This document shows, one piece after another, positions 38,401-53,100 of a stretch of 64,000 nucleotides of DNA. The stretch is from Yuukianura sp. NJ FZ-2021. Taxonomy: Eukaryota. Location: assembly GCA_046563655.1 (NCBI GenBank), contig CM102284.1:5270001-5334000 (forward strand), read 5' to 3'. The translations under genes and the position numbers were made by a program. The notes below the pieces were generated by a model. It made no database searches. It was not told the DNA's origin and saw only the letters and a list, made by a program, of their open reading frames with translations. Within the stretch, counting starts at the first letter, position 1. Each line of letters opens with the position of its first letter.

Positions 38401-41400
38401 ACTGATTTTCTAAAGCCAATCTTTCAGGAAATGGCCAATTTAATCACAGACTTTTCTTCTAAAAGGAAATAAATGGACAACATAACCTAACCGAAAAAGC
38501 TAAACCTAACCAAATTACAAAAGAAAAATGCAGACGTGTAGTAAAGTTATAAATCCTAAGTGTAACCAAACATTAACCAAACTGATTGTTACGAATTGGT
38601 TTTCTTAACTTGCGGGGGAAAGTAAAAGAGAAAGGACAGCATCACTTTCACTAAATTTTGCTTTTAATTTTGTCCGTAGAAACTCTAAAACTGCTTGAAA
38701 AACTGGAAGATTTAAAATTGGGAATCCAACTTTTCACATCTTTCTTCTCAAAGTTTTGAATCTCCTCCGGGTTTCAAAGTTTGGTTGATTGGAACGGATT
38801 TTCTTGGAATCAAAATTTTGTCGTCTAAAATTTCAGTTTTTGAACCCTGTCGAACATGATTCTCAATTTCGTCTATGAAAAGAAAAAATTGCTGTACTAT
38901 TTTCGATTTTCTCCTAAAAATTTCTGAAAAACAATTTTCTTTCCATTTTTTTTCTGCGAAAAAAGTTCGTTCACTTCAATCTCATTTCATCTCATCCATT
39001 TTTCATTTCCTGAGCCAGCAGAAGACAAATGGTGAAGAGAGTCTTAAATTAAAATTATGTAGGAGCAGCTTAGGACTTTGAATTCTAGAGCTTCTCGAAT
39101 GCCAAGAACACCAACATCTTCTTATACAACGTACAAAATCCGGAAAAAATTGCGAAACACTTCGTACTTTCAGTATTGTTACAATGTACTAAAGACGTCC
39201 TGGAGCGTCAGAAATGCTCATAAGTTAGACAGTTCCGTAGCTAACATGAGAATTTCCTTTAAAACTTTAATTTGAACAAAAGCTTTCTAGTCTAACTCCA
39301 GCAGCAGCATCATCGTAAAAGCAGATTTAAAAAAATTCTGGTTCTATTACACTAAATGAATTTTGGAAAGGAAAATCACAAATTCCGAACAGGTAGAACT
39401 TTGTAATTTTTGGAAGCAAAAATTCTGTGTAAACAACTGTGAGAAACTGTGTCATATTTTGACTTCCTTTTGGAAAAGTAGCTCTCGTTTTGTTGTTTCT
39501 TTGAAGTTCCAGTGTTTATTTGGCTGAAGTTGCAGAGACATAAGTCATTTAAGGAATGAGAACAAGGAGGCGTTTGGTTTCAAACTTTTTCTTTTTCAAT
39601 AACTCAAATATGGCACAAAATAAAGCGAAACTGAAAAGAAACCAAAATTTTTGGAAGCAGCACAAAAAAGAGAGACAATAATTTCTTTACCAAGTCGTAA
39701 ATGTTTAGACTTTTTGAAAATCAACAACTTTTCATAAGAATTTTGACTAAAACTTTCGAACAAATCCACAACAGTTTGGTTGTTTTCAAAATTTCTGCGG
39801 CGAGAAATGAACGATATTGATGACTGGGGTGGAACGAGTGGATCTTCTAGCATTTTGTACCTAAAAAATGTGCGAGTTTTGAACGAATTGGCATTCCATT
39901 TTGAAAATTTCAAAACTCAAACATGGGCCCTGAGACTTCGTGATAAAAAACGAAATTTGGAGGCTTTAGGTTAAGCTAGGGTCATTTTGGTTGTTCTCAA
40001 ACTAAATTTTGGCTTTACTTCTAATCTGAGGCGATAAGAGCCAAGTGCCAAAGTTTGTATTTCGAAATAATTCAAGTCCATAATCTTCCAGGAACTGTTC
40101 GCTCGTTCACTAGGACAGAATGGCATTGACAGTCAGAGAAAGCTCAGATTTTGGAACGAGATACGGTGACTATAGAACTTAACCTTTAGAATTTAGAAAC
40201 TAGAGAGTCGTAGCCAAATAAACGTGAAGGTTTCCTTGCTTTCACTTCCAGGTTTCAATTGTTAAGAATCAGCGACAAGGACAACACAGCAAACCACGCA
40301 GCCACGAAAATTTTGGTTCGTTGAAGCTAAAATGAAATGACATTGATAGAAGATCCAAAGCATTCAGTATACTAAAGAAATCTAAGAATAAATTTCAGTT
40401 CAGCATTTTCCTCCTCCTCCTTTACCACGAAAACAGAAATCGATTTAATCTTCAATTTCTAAGTTCATGTCAAGGTGAAAGTTTGTTTCTTAGATGCAAA
40501 ATAAAATTTCTACTTTCCCCTTCTCCTTTTGTGGTTTAGAAGAAAAAGTTTAATGAAAAAAGATTCATTTTAAGTCCCAGGTCAAAACTTGGAGAGACTA
40601 TAACTATAACATAAGGGAAAAGTGAAATGGAGAAAGTTGAAATGGAGGATGCCCCTTTCTAAGGAAAATTGGAGAAAGCAGGAGGGAATTAGAACAAAGG
40701 AAAAGTGACTTGAAAGGAGCAAAAAGGCGGTTTCATTTGAAAATGAAGAAAGAGGTGATTTCAATGGAGAAAGTGAAAACTAAATGGAAAGAACTCTTAC
40801 TGCTGCTGCGTTTTCACCATTAAGAAACAAAGAAGAAAGGGAGAGGGATACGATTTCATTTGTTCTCGGTGTCCAATTCCATTGTCTTCCAAATGACTTG
40901 GTTCCAACCTAAACTGAACTCATTCCGATCTTAACTTCTTCCAGACTATGCACAATTTTCAGTATTTTTCATTTCTTTTTTAACTAAACATTAGGCTAAT
41001 GTAAAACATAAAGTTAAACTTAGCATAAGCCTGACCAATCCAATGGTGAAGTTTGTAAGTGACGCCCGCCGCAGAATTGAAACCAACTTTCACTCAAAAC
41101 TGAAAAAAAAACCTTTCTTAAAATTTTGAAATGCGAAAAAAATCGTAGATCGCAATTTTGTAAAGCGTCGGAGCGGAGTGTTAGCTTCTAAACACAAACA
41201 TATGAAGTGTTTCAATTCCTGTTTTTGACTCAAACTTTCAAAATTCGTTAATCGAATTTCGAAAATGAAAACAAAACAAACGCTGCGCCTTATTTGAGTG
41301 TAGTCTCCATTATAATTATTGGTTCAAATTCACAAAAAGCCTCTACGTTATTAAAATTTCAAGAAAAATTGTCACCTTGTCATTGCCATTGTAATTTCGA

Positions 41401-44336
41401 GCACTTTGATGAGAGAAAGTCCTCTGCATTTGGTCTCATTAAAATTGTGAATTATTCATAACAAGCATTATGCTGAATATTAGGTTTTCAGCTTATGAAA
41501 CATGTATGCATACTTGGTCATCCGCAAGGTGTTTTCAGTTGATGCATGTTAGAGATCTGTGTGGTGTGTCTCTGCAGAAATGTCATTCCCAGGGAAAGTA
41601 ACTTTGCATAATGCCAACATGCTCCCTTGAAACGCTTTTTTTATGCAAGTTCTTCTACGACACGAACCTAACACATTTTCCTCTGCAGGAGCTGCTGATC
41701 TTGCAACATTTTCACATTTCCTGTTTGTGGTTACACGGAACGAGCACAAGTATTTTTTCCTTTCAGTTCGCAAGTTGTAGAATATGCTTTCTCTAACAGC
41801 TCCAGTTGGACACTTTCACTTGAATTTCCAAAAAGGACAATTCCATGTTCATTTCCCGGGGAAGTAGAATTTCTTTGTTGGTTTTCTTCTTTTTGGCTTC
41901 TTTTGTACGTTTTCTAGGAGAATACTTTTTTTTTCTCTGCGCAGAAAGCATCCTAGTTGACTATTCCAGAAGTGACATCTTGATGAGATTCTTCATTTGA
42001 ATTGTTCTTTTGTTTGGTGAAGATGAGGATGACACGAACAGCTCGTTCCACTCTACAAAGCAAAAGACAGTTCCAGAAACGTAGCCATTTTTAGAAAATG
42101 GAGAGAGATTTTTTTGTTAGAAGAAAATGGAATCTTTCAAAATAAGAATTTCAGAAAATTGGTTAAAATTAGATGAGCTCCAAAAGAATTTTGGACGAGC
42201 CAAGTGAAAGTTCGGTGAAATTTGTTAATAGGTGAAAGTGGAGCTGCGAGACGGATCCTCTTGCATTATAAATTGAGAACAAGTCCAATTACTTTGTAAA
42301 GAGTGTTGAACCGCGGCCTAGGTTAGGTTACAGTTAGGTGAGCCAGACCCATTATTCTCGAAACGAGCATCAAAAGGTCAAAGGTCATCACCTCAATTTG
42401 GAAATTGGCCAGCAGAATAGATCTTATGTAAAATTACTTTCCCCTTTCATCTTCTAGAGAGACTCTCTTTTGCATACAGACTCAAATCAAAAGCTGTTTC
42501 TGTTAACTTCAACATGAGGAAACTAAGCTCTGGTTTCCTGAAAATGATTGCTTCTGAACAAGGCCTAAAGTTAACCAAATCCAAACACGCACAGATTCAA
42601 ACAGACCATCGAGATCCAATCTCCATTCTTGATTGCTTTTCCTTCAGGAATAAAAAGAAAGCAAACAGTTTGACCAAATGGGTTTGATAGGAGAACATGG
42701 GAAATGGGCATGTTCAAAATTTAACAAAAGAGTAAAAATAAATAAAAATAGAAACGAAAAGAGAAAGTACCTATTGACACGTTATGCACGAACAATATTA
42801 AAAAACAAGTGCAATAAAACGTAACGAAATTTTGCACTTGACCTTTGACCTTCCTAGTAAAAGTCGGGGCCATACTAGCTTTTTCTATACTAATCGTGGA
42901 ACGAAATCTTTAGCAAAGGTTAAAAGTTGAGATAAGAGTAAACTCTTGAGTGAAGAAAAATCTTAATTAAAAAAAAATGCGAAAAATATCGGTTTCGCTC
43001 GAAAAGCCAATCTTTTTGAAAAAAAAAGCAACAAAAAAAATGTTTTAGGTTTTCGCAGTGCTGCTGTGAAAAGCGTATTTTAATCAGAAAATTTCAACCA
43101 TGCGATGCTCCTCTACTAAAAACGTTTGAAAAGACAACAAAATCACTTGGGAAAACCCTAAAACTGAACAGATTTGGAACAAAAAGAAAGCCCCAGTGAG
43201 TTGATGTCCTGATTTTGATCAGTGCGAACTAGTTAGAAGGTTCATTTTAGAATACAAATTTTGTTTTGTTTGAAAATGGAGGGGATGCAAGCATAGATAT
43301 TAGTCCATTGTTTTTCATCCCAACCTCCCAAGAGTACAATTGAATAGAAATCCTTGGCAAATGCTTTCTAAATTCTCCTCCTACTGCGTAACTCTGCCGT
43401 AGTAACTGAGTCGAGAACATAAAAGTCCAGAGATGGATCCCTAAGTGTTGAATTGTGAAGTGAACAAAAGAAATGGGTTTTGGCAAGTCCTTCATGCGTT
43501 TTTTACTTTCTAAAAAAGTTGTATTTTTAAAAAAGTGAAAAATGTAGCGAATCCATGCAGGCGACTTGGAATCATCTTCTCCGAACACTGTTTCCGGATC
43601 CTCCCTTGTCTTTGTCTCTCATAAAATACGAAGAATCTTCAACTGTCTCAATCGATCTGACACAAAAAAATTCTTCCTCTTATACAAAATCCGCCATTGT
43701 TATGTAACGTATTCAAGTTAATATATAAAAATGTCACTTGGGTATATGTATTTTACGTTATAATCTTAGGATTATAATGTCATGTGGTTTGTAGGGAACC
43801 GGAGAAAGTCGAAGCCTGAGAACTCCTTCAGGAACAGTGACTGTGACAGACGTAGAAATCCATTTGTTTGTTGAAGAAAGCACGGAAGGCCACTACTGGT
43901 ACACGAACCATAATGGATTAAAATCCACAAAAAGAAAGAAAACACCGTGAAAGAAAAGGCACCGTGGCAGAACCGTGGCAAAGCACTGTGAAAGTACCCA
44001 TCTTATACAAATATAAGAAAGCATCTTCAAAAAAGAATACCTTCATTGTGAGGAACGTGTGATGGACTCATCACACTAAAAGAAAATTTTGCCAAATATA
44101 TCCAGGGTTCGCCCACTTCAAAACATCAATTCTTTTTGGAGAAAGTTGACATTTCTGGCGAGATTCACAAAGAAAGAAGAAGAAAATCTCATTATCATCA
44201 TCGTTCAAAATTTAACAAGAAAAAGTTTTGTAAACGAGTCACTTTGACCTGCATCGTCCTTTAGAAAATCTAAAAACCGGAAAATCGTATTCATTCAACT
44301 TCCATCCTTCAAAATTTTGCACCAAAGGAAAAAAAG

Positions 44337-47300
44337 ATGGACTACATTCGTGAATTTGATATTCGACTGGAGAAAGAAATGTACTATGCTGGTGAAGTTC
44401 TCATGGGACATGTCATACTCAACACTGTAGAGAATTTTAAGTTACGAGGTAAGCCAAGCTGAGTCTGCAAGATGCAGTTTTACATTCGTAATTTCAAAAT
44501 TCGAAAAAAAAAAACTCCTGACCTCTGAAAAATTTTTGTGGTTGAGGCAAAAAAAGCACTTTCAAAATTTAATTAGGCTCAAAGCGGTGCTTCTTTTTTA
44601 AAAGTCACTCCCAGCTTAATATTAAAAAACTTCCGTTTCTAAAATGCAAAACCCGTGCAGTTCTTTTGACCTAAAAAATTTGAATTAGCAACTTCCTTCT
44701 AAGATTTGCGTGTTTTGTAAACAAATTTTGAAACAAATTGGCTATTCAGAGCACAGACGACTTTCTCCAAATGTTTTCCCTTTTTTAACGATGCCACTTT
44801 TTCTCTCTGCTTAGAAAAGTCAAATTAAAGCCACAACTTTTATTTTTAAATTAAAAAAAAACATAACTTAGAGAAAGTTTTTTTTAAACCTGCTGTTGGT
44901 GTGGCTGATGCTGACATCAGTTTAAAAAAACCAAGCGAGAGCTCTTGTGATACGATATTCTGCTTTTTCCACAAAAAGTTCCAGCATTCGCTTGATTTTC
45001 GTCTTTCTCAAAAACTTTTAAGATTCAAGTCATGATTTTTCGACTTTCTCTTTTTTTCAAAGCCTGTCTTTGTTAGTTCCCTAGTTCTTTTTTTTCAAGA
45101 GCGAGTCATTACCATGCTTATCAGCCAAAGCACAGAGTGTTGGTTCTAATGCTAATAGACCCTGTCAGGAGAAATGGAAAACATGCTTACTCCGTGACCG
45201 TAAATTTAAAAAAAAACGTAGGACAAGCAGAACTGATTACCAGAGAAAGTAGTCTGGAGAGACCTCATAATGTGCCTTTGTCCTTGACTTTCTCAAATTC
45301 CTGCTTTTTTTTTATGTTAAACAAGAAACACCAAAAAATGTTTTCAATTTGCCTAATCCACTTTTTTGACAAACAACCTCTGAACTTTCAAAATTTGAGA
45401 AATGTCACGCATTTGTACATTTCACCCAGAAAATTCGCTGATTTTATTTTTTTAACTTCTGCAGCCATCAGGGTTGTTGTTCGTGGAAAAGCTCATACGG
45501 AATGGAAAGTAATTGTGGGCGGAGAAAGACGCACTGTGAGAGATGACCAATTTCTTGTAGATGACCGAGCTATAATCTGGGGCAAAGGTGAGTACAAGTA
45601 GAATGAAAAGTGGAAAGAAAAACATGATCTCCAAATGTGCCTGTTTACACGTACTTTCACTCAGAATGAGTTTTGTATTGTAGAGAAAGCAGAAGGAACC
45701 GTGCCAATCCTACCACGCGGCGTCCATCAATTTCCGTTCCGATTCCAGCTTCCAGAAAGTTCACTTCCGTGTTCCTTTGAGTCCAGACCAGGAACAATCC
45801 GCTACTACGTCAAAGTTAGTGCAAAGTACTTTTCCAAAAACCAAAATTTAAGTGAAAGTGAGACCTTGACCTTTTGACCTCAAAACGAACTTTTATGTCT
45901 ATAGGTTACTATTGACATTCCCTACGCCTCTCCTCCACAAGGAATGAAATATTTCACAATTATTGGACCTCATATTGACTGCATGGACATGGAATACATG
46001 GTAAGCGTTTAGTCTTCATTTCCAAAAGTCACATTAAATTCATTTGGGTTGACTTGAAATAAATCGTTGGCAACTGAAACCTAAATCTTCCTACGGAGAC
46101 ACAACTTGTTCGTGCAGTAGCGTTGTAACTTCCGATTCCAGCTTCCTTGGAATCAATGTTATTGGAGTCTTAACTGATTGCTTTCATTCCAGAAACCAAT
46201 TATTGGTCAAGCGAAGAGAACAACTTGCTGCTTCTGTTGTGAACGTCGTCCACTAGTTCTCAAGACTCAGCTTGAACGGTCCGCTTATGTCTGTGGAGAA
46301 AGTTTGAGAGTGAAAGCAGAAATTGACAATCAGACGGATGATGAGGCTCGCCTGAAACTCAAGCTAGTTCAAGTAAGGATTCAAAATCACAGGGTTGCTA
46401 GAGACCTGGAAATAAAAGACGGCTTACAGAGAATAATAGAGGAGTCTGATTGGTAATTTTCAGTATATTGAGTATTACATTGATCGTGGAGTCCTTGGTG
46501 TATCGAAAGAAGTCAACCACACGATTCTAGGTAAGAAAGTAAACATGACAACATACTTTACTTGAACCTTTAGAAATCAATTGTTACCAAGTAGCCAAAA
46601 ACTAATCTTGTCACGAACTGGACACAGAATATCGAGGAGCTCCAGTCCAACCTCATACACGATCCAAATGGGATTCAGCCCAGACCTTGGTTGTGTCCAC
46701 GATGCCACCGACGCTGATAGGCGTTTGTCGCCTCATGCAGATCTACTATGTGCTCAAAGTACTAAAAAAATCAAAATTTTTCAGTCTTTTGAACTAAATT
46801 CTAAAGCTGCTAATGAAATTTACGGTGTAGGTTAATGTCGAGTTGGAGAAAGCAGGGGAAGATTTGTTCATGAGCTTTCCAATTACAGTTGCAACAGTTC
46901 CTTTCAGAATTCCAAATTCCACTAAACAACCCGTGATACACTACGGTAAGCCTGTCGTAAACTCTGCAAATCCATGAAATTGATACTGGATTTTGCAAGT
47001 ATCTCCAATCTGTAAACGAAAACACCATCAATGTTATTTGTTCCGATAAAACCAATTGAAACGATTGATTTGAAATTTCGTTACCGCAGAAGTTGCATCC
47101 GACCACGTCGAAGGAGGGATGTACATCGGTCCAGAATTTCAGTTAGGTCAAGTTTACGACGGAGGTCAGGATCCGGGTGAAGCCGTTGTTCTCTATCGTC
47201 CAGTCTACATATGCGTAAAACCACCACAGAGAGCTCTCACGACCGCCTCCAGTATTGATACCAAGTCTCCTTCAATGTCATCCCGAGCCAATGACACACC

Positions 47301-47394
47301 AACATCCACAAGCCGAACAAGAGTCAACACCAATCAAGAGACTAATCTAATTACAACAGCTACGTCCAGTGGTGGAGGTGGAACCACAACTTAA
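44337..47394 (+). CDS. Alpha-arrestin (arrestin domain-containing protein)
   Basis: MDYIREFDIRLEKEMYYAGEVLMGHV; RGKAHTEW; GVHQFPFRFQLPESSLPCSFESRPGTIRYYVK; TCCFCCE; YVCGESL; FPITVATVPF; 9 coding exons with GT-AG sites. Confidence 0.92.
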
Positions 47395-47578
47395 AATCAC
47401 TTTCACAACACCACCACAGACAAAAACCTGCCAAAATACTTAGAAAAACGGAAGGAGAGGTTAATGAAACAAGCCAAGAACAAAATCAAATTATACTGAC
47501 GTTATTAAAAGTTAAATTAAGGTTGAGAGGTGCACATACCTTACTTCATTTTCGTTTTGTCTAAAATAACTTCATGCA

Positions 47579-49157
47579 TTAGTCTGAATTTGAGTCTGAA
47601 GTGTTGTAGTCACAGGAAATGAGAGACAAACTTCCGATTGGATTAACACTACTGGGATGTGATGCTGATGAGGAAGCAGCCGAATTCGGTGTTTCGGGAC
47701 TGGATTTACGTTGGTCTTGATTTATGGAAGGTTCTGGCATTGTCGGTGTTGTGACGCTTATCACGTTTGTTTCTGGTAGTAGAACTTTAGTACTAGAGGA
47801 AGATGAACTAGTTTCTGTGGAAGAAGGTAAGGATTTAGGTCGTATTCCAATGCTGAACTGCTTCTTCATTTTCTCATCCTCTGAGGAAATCTTGGAAGTG
47901 AAAGTAGTTGGAAAGATAGATCTTTTTTCAATTTCTTTTCTAGCTTCATTCTGCCTGTACTCGGAACCTGATCAAAAATAAAATGTGAACAACGGTAATA
48001 AAAATTCGTCCATAAAACTAGATCATACTCTGCGAAGGTTGAAGTCTCAAGAGCGAAGCAATTTGCTGGTCCTCGTCAGATTCTTTCAGAAGCGGAATAT
48101 CGAGAGAAAATTTTTTGAGTACTGCGTTGTCCTTGTCTTCTGCTCTTTTCAATTCCTTTTTCCTTGCCTGTTGAAGGTTATATAACAATTGGAGAACTTA
48201 AAATAACGAAAGCGTATGCAAATTTGTAATTTGAAACCAATGGGATATTGTTTTTTGCTTACACGAAATTGGTCTCTCAGTAGCCTGTTGGCCATGTAAT
48301 CGTCTTTTTTCCGTTCTTGCAAATCAGCTAAAAGTGCTAAGGTTGGAGTGACGTTTGACGATTTTTTCTTGTCATCGACCACATGAGCCAATCTACGGAT
48401 AAAAGGCAAACCAAGTTAAAATCAAGCATGATATCCAGTTTGCCAGGAAGAATATGCAGACGTACTTGAACATAGGATCTGAATTCAATTGCTTAGACAC
48501 TCGTTTGTCTTCCGGCACAACCTGTTCGTTTTGAGTTGGATCCCATCTTCTTTCTTGTCTTCTAGCACCGCTAACTATGATGTAATCCAAGTTCTATTTA
48601 AAGAGAAAGTTTCAAGTGAATGATTGATTTGATTCGAACTCATTCGGATTAAGTTTTGTACTTTTCTCTGGTTTGATGACGACATACCCCCGGATCTGTT
48701 TTCATCTCAATATGATTATCACAGAGATGACATTTCATGCGAAATTGATACACAGGCGTTGAGTAATACATTCCCACCTTCGTCTTTTCTGCATTGTATC
48801 TAAATATTATAACATAGACTTTGAGCAACAGAATTTCATAAGGAATTCCATAAATAAGGTTTCCGTCTCATTTACCTAACACCCATGCCAATATGGTTGC
48901 CACATCCATCACACCAGATGTTATAGGGCATCTCAAATCGGATAATAAGGATTCCAAGATGGAGTTTCCTGGCTCTTTCTCGGAGTGCATGGGTGCCCAA
49001 GAATTTGTTGAGTCCACCGACCTTGGGATCATAGTCCGGCGGATAGTACTTGTTCTGTCCTTTGCGTTCACCCTAGAATATGAAAATCGGCAGTTTAGTT
49101 TAAACTCGACGATGTATTGGACATGATTTCTCTTGATTAATGAATTTCCGTTACCAT
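47579..49157 (-). CDS. CCDC130: Splicing factor CCDC130 (YJU2B / Cwf16 family)
   Basis: M/GERKGQNKYYPPDYDP...IIRFEMPYNIWCDGCGNHIGMGVR/YNAEK...FRMKCHLCDNHIEMKTDP, DDYMANRLLRDQFR; ends SLISCDYNTSDSNSD*. Confidence 0.93.
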
Positions 49158-50145
49158 TTTGAGGTTAAAAAATTGACGAGTTCAGTAAGCTTCGGTTCCA
49201 CGTAAGTATCAATGTCCTTACACCAGTGACTGTAGGCTCGGTTTTCTAGAGCAACAGAATCCGCCCACTAGGTCAACGATGATGAGCTCTAAAAAAAAGG
49301 ACAGTCGATTAATATTCTTTAAAAACTTTGCTAAATAAGACGAAATACGTTTATGTAGTAAAAGTAAACAAATCAATCCACAAAAAACAGCTGATTTCCT
49401 GACAAACCTTTTTTCTCCTAAATCCACTTCCTCACAGTCGCATTTGCAGTGCCCGTATCATCCTCCTATGAAAAACACCGACTAAATCACGCAAGACAAA
49501 ACAAAACGATAATTAATTAACTAATTAATCACACTTCTGGCAAGCAAAGGACAAATTGACACTTCTTGAAGTGAAACAGTGAATTGTGATTTGTTTGTGA
49601 ATTCGAATAAGATTTTGAATTGAGCAAATTCAAAAATTTTTCCCGCTACCAGCTCCCCACCCAAAGAAAAGTAAAGTTGAGGAGTGGGGGAAAGTGAGGA
49701 ACCTTTTCGATTCGTATAATCTCCGCATAAGCTCCGGCCAAAATCGAGGTTGCACTTTTCCGATAGCAGTCTGCACGGCACGCAAAAATCAACGCAAATC
49801 CCACTGTGACTTCCACCCAACCGACACTCACTGTTCTCTAAACGCTGATTTCATTTGTTATTTTCACCGCCCACGATCTATTTACGTTAATTATAATTAT
49901 TTTATAAAATAATTAACAGTTATAAAGTAATTAATAATTGCAAGGTAATTAAAATTGAGATAGGTAATGCAAATCAGTTAGTCACTCATCCGTCAGCCAT
50001 CGAACGAAATCCGAATCGGATTTATTCTTTAGAGAAACGAAGCACTGCCTATTTCCTCTTATCGTTTGAAATCTTTATTTTATTTTATAAATAGAAATAA
50101 ATAAATGTTCATTAAAAAGTAAAGGTAGTAATTTTTTGAAATGTT

Positions 50146-52623
50146 TCAAGACACAGAGTAATGGAGACAAAATCCCTTTCTTTCCATAAGGTCAGGCCGC
50201 ATTTTCGGTTTTTCCGGAAGATCAATTCCTTCCTTCTTGGAACAAACGCAGAGGTCATACATGACTACGCCCAATTTATGTTTTGTCAAAATTTTGCAAG
50301 GTTCAAATCCTTGGGTCGACGGTATCATACTAGGCATCGTAGAATTGTCCATAGAACTGTACTCACAGTCATTCTCTGGAATTTGTTCCGGAAATCCTCC
50401 AACTGCTGACGATCTGCGAATGCCCGGGATTTGGTACATGGCGAAATCCGGTAAATTCTCGGCCGAGTCTTCAACAATATTGACTGAAAGCATGTACGGC
50501 CGTGCTTCACCTAAGCAGTTACAAAATCACAAATTCATCAGAAAAAATTAGCGTTTTCGACACTAAAATTTCTTAAAAGTGTATTTTTGTTTTACTTTTC
50601 AAGCTCTTAGCGCGTGCCAAAAATCGTGCTCCACAGTGCTTATCTTGACCATGGACTTCGACGTAACTCGTTTTGGAACAAGTAAATCCTTCTGATGGTA
50701 TAAATAATTGGGAATGTTGCGAGTTATAGTAATTGTAAAAAGTGTAGTAATCAGTTGCATTGGTAGATTCTGGTGGAGCTTCAAACGCAAAGTATTCCGA
50801 CATCAAAAAATTTACGGACGAGTCACTTCCGGCTTCTTGACTTGAACATTCACGCCACTGCAAACGAATACATTTTCCAAGACAAAATTTAAAAAATTTC
50901 AAAAAAGTTAACAATTTCCTCGGGCATGTAGATTTAGAATCCGATTACCGTAATTTTTCCAATATCTGTAACGGATTTGGCGTTTATGCAAATCGTGTAT
51001 TTCTGGTTGTTGATCATGTACTGCGGAAAGCCAAAGCTTTTTACCAGTCCTGTATATCCTTCATGATTTTGAAGACACTGGTCCGGTACTGTCAATATTT
51101 AAAAAAAAACTCAAATTCTACAAAATTTTGAAAATGGAAACACTTGTTGAAATATTTTTCTGCTGTGTTACTTCTTTCTGCTGAAGTGCATTCAATTTGT
51201 CTGATTCGAATTCGGTAAGCGTCTTTCGGCGACCGCACAAACGCTAGCGTAATTCTGCTGGATCTACCATAGGCCAAGTACACTAAAAAATTGTCAATTT
51301 CAATTGGAATTTTTTTTTTTTTTAAATCAAAATTTCATTTCATTTTTAGGCTAACTTTTTGTTCCATTGTGCTTTCCACAAAGTGGAAATCCATTTCTGA
51401 CAGTAACTGAATCTGTTACAGTCATTACAGATTCTGTGGGACAATCTTCCCCCCATAATGGAGTTTCCATTTCGAAAGTTTCGAAATTCAGTTCGAGTTG
51501 ACAAATATTTGTGTCCTGAAATAAAAATTTCAAAAGTGTTTTCCTGTTGAAAAATATTTTCGAAAAAATATTTTTCCCTAAACATTTTAATTTTTTAAAA
51601 AGCAGAAGCTCTCACCGCTTTATAAATTTCAAATTGGCAGGATCGGTCGATATCGTTGTTGGAAATGGTGCTGACTTTGTCCTTGATCGATACTAAATTA
51701 TTCGTGGCAGAGCATGTATACGGGATCTCTTGACGTTCTGGTCAAAAATTTTGAAAATTTGAGACACGAATTTTTTCAAATTTCAGATTTTGTTTAAAAA
51801 AAAGCACTTAAATGCTACTTTAGTTCTTACGTGTACAACATACGAGGAGACCCATCGCACAATTTCCAATTGAAACGCCTCCGGCTAAAAGACATTGAGC
51901 ACTTTCCCGCAAATAAACAACATAAAATTTTAATTCTTGGAGGAAATTGAAAAGCTCGAAGTTGAAATCTGTAAATTATTTACAGCAAAATTTTAAAATT
52001 GTATAACTTTCACTTACGCTGGAGCACAAACGGACATGTTATGGGCTGGACATGTTCTCAAATTCAGGAGTTGTTGGGCGGGTGACATCGCAGTGATGAT
52101 GGGCCTTGGAGGGCTATCTTGACCTTGAGCAGTTGCTTGCTGATTGGCTGCAGCAGCCGCTGCTGCTGCACCAATCAGAGTTCCAGCTGCCTGGAAAATG
52201 TTTGTCGTGGCTCCTCCAAGCAGGCCACCAAGAGTTCCAGCTCCGGCTTGCCCCACCAAGTTTCCAGCAGCAGCAGCTCCTGCTCCGCTCAAAACTGTAA
52301 AATACACAATGCCCCTTTACATTTTGACCTTGCATGACCCAAGGTCAAGATATGTTAACCTTACAAGCTCTTCCGCCTTCCCGACGCGATTCCACTTCTA
52401 AACTGTTTTCATGTTGAGATTTCGGTTGTTGCTTGTCAAATGCTGGAAGTTTAGAACTGACGTGTTTAAAAAATGCTTTAATTTCTTCAACATCCGTCAG
52501 AATCAGTTCTTGGTTGAGGTCAAGGTGATCAAATTTTACTGCGGTTGGAACTGCTTGGTTTTCACTAATAAGAACGAAAGCAATGGCTAAGATTAAATTG
52601 TACTTTTTTACAAATTCCAACAT
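50146..52623 (-). CDS. Secreted CUB-domain protein (arthropod extracellular family)
   Basis: Signal peptide; Cys motif CLLAGGVSIGNCAMGLLVCC; CUB strands ICQLELNFETF, LCGKHNG/MYL, YRIRIRQIEC; PDQCLQ...GLVKSFGF; HCGARF; terminal KGFCLHYS. Confidence 0.8.
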
Positions 52624-53100
52624 TTTGAAAAGTTTGTTTCAAAATGTTTCAATTCACAAATTTTTTTATTTAGGTTTTGGCACCATCGACGATGTTAAAG
52701 TTTTAACGGTTCAAGGCTCCGCGCAAAAATAAACGCAACGAAAGGCTGTGACACAAAGTTTTATTCATAAATCTAGGTCATGTTCCACAAAGTGCGTTGA
52801 CCTGGAGTTGACCTCCATCATAGCATTGTGTATTGCGAGTCATTGGTCTTGAAATTGAAATGTACAGTGCTGCTCAAGTATGTGCATGTGCTTAAAATGT
52901 ATTGAAAAGTTGACAAAGAGCTACGCAAAGTGGATTTCGCTTAAAACTAACGGCGTTTCTTCTGCTCTTACCTAAATCTACTTTCTCCAAGTAATCGAAG
53001 ATTAAATTACCGTGAACTCTACAGACGAAAGCCAGGTTTGAATGGCTAAATGTGTAGTTTGTTTTAGACTTAACTACAAGTGCTTGTTGACCTCAAAAAG

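Noticed and set aside
33390-42340. TTAGG/CCTAA copies as interstitial telomere
   Set aside because: Only scattered dimers, never an array.
43797-43950. About 50 open codons after an AG acceptor upstream of the arrestin gene
   Set aside because: No start codon or family resemblance; more likely 5'UTR or chance.
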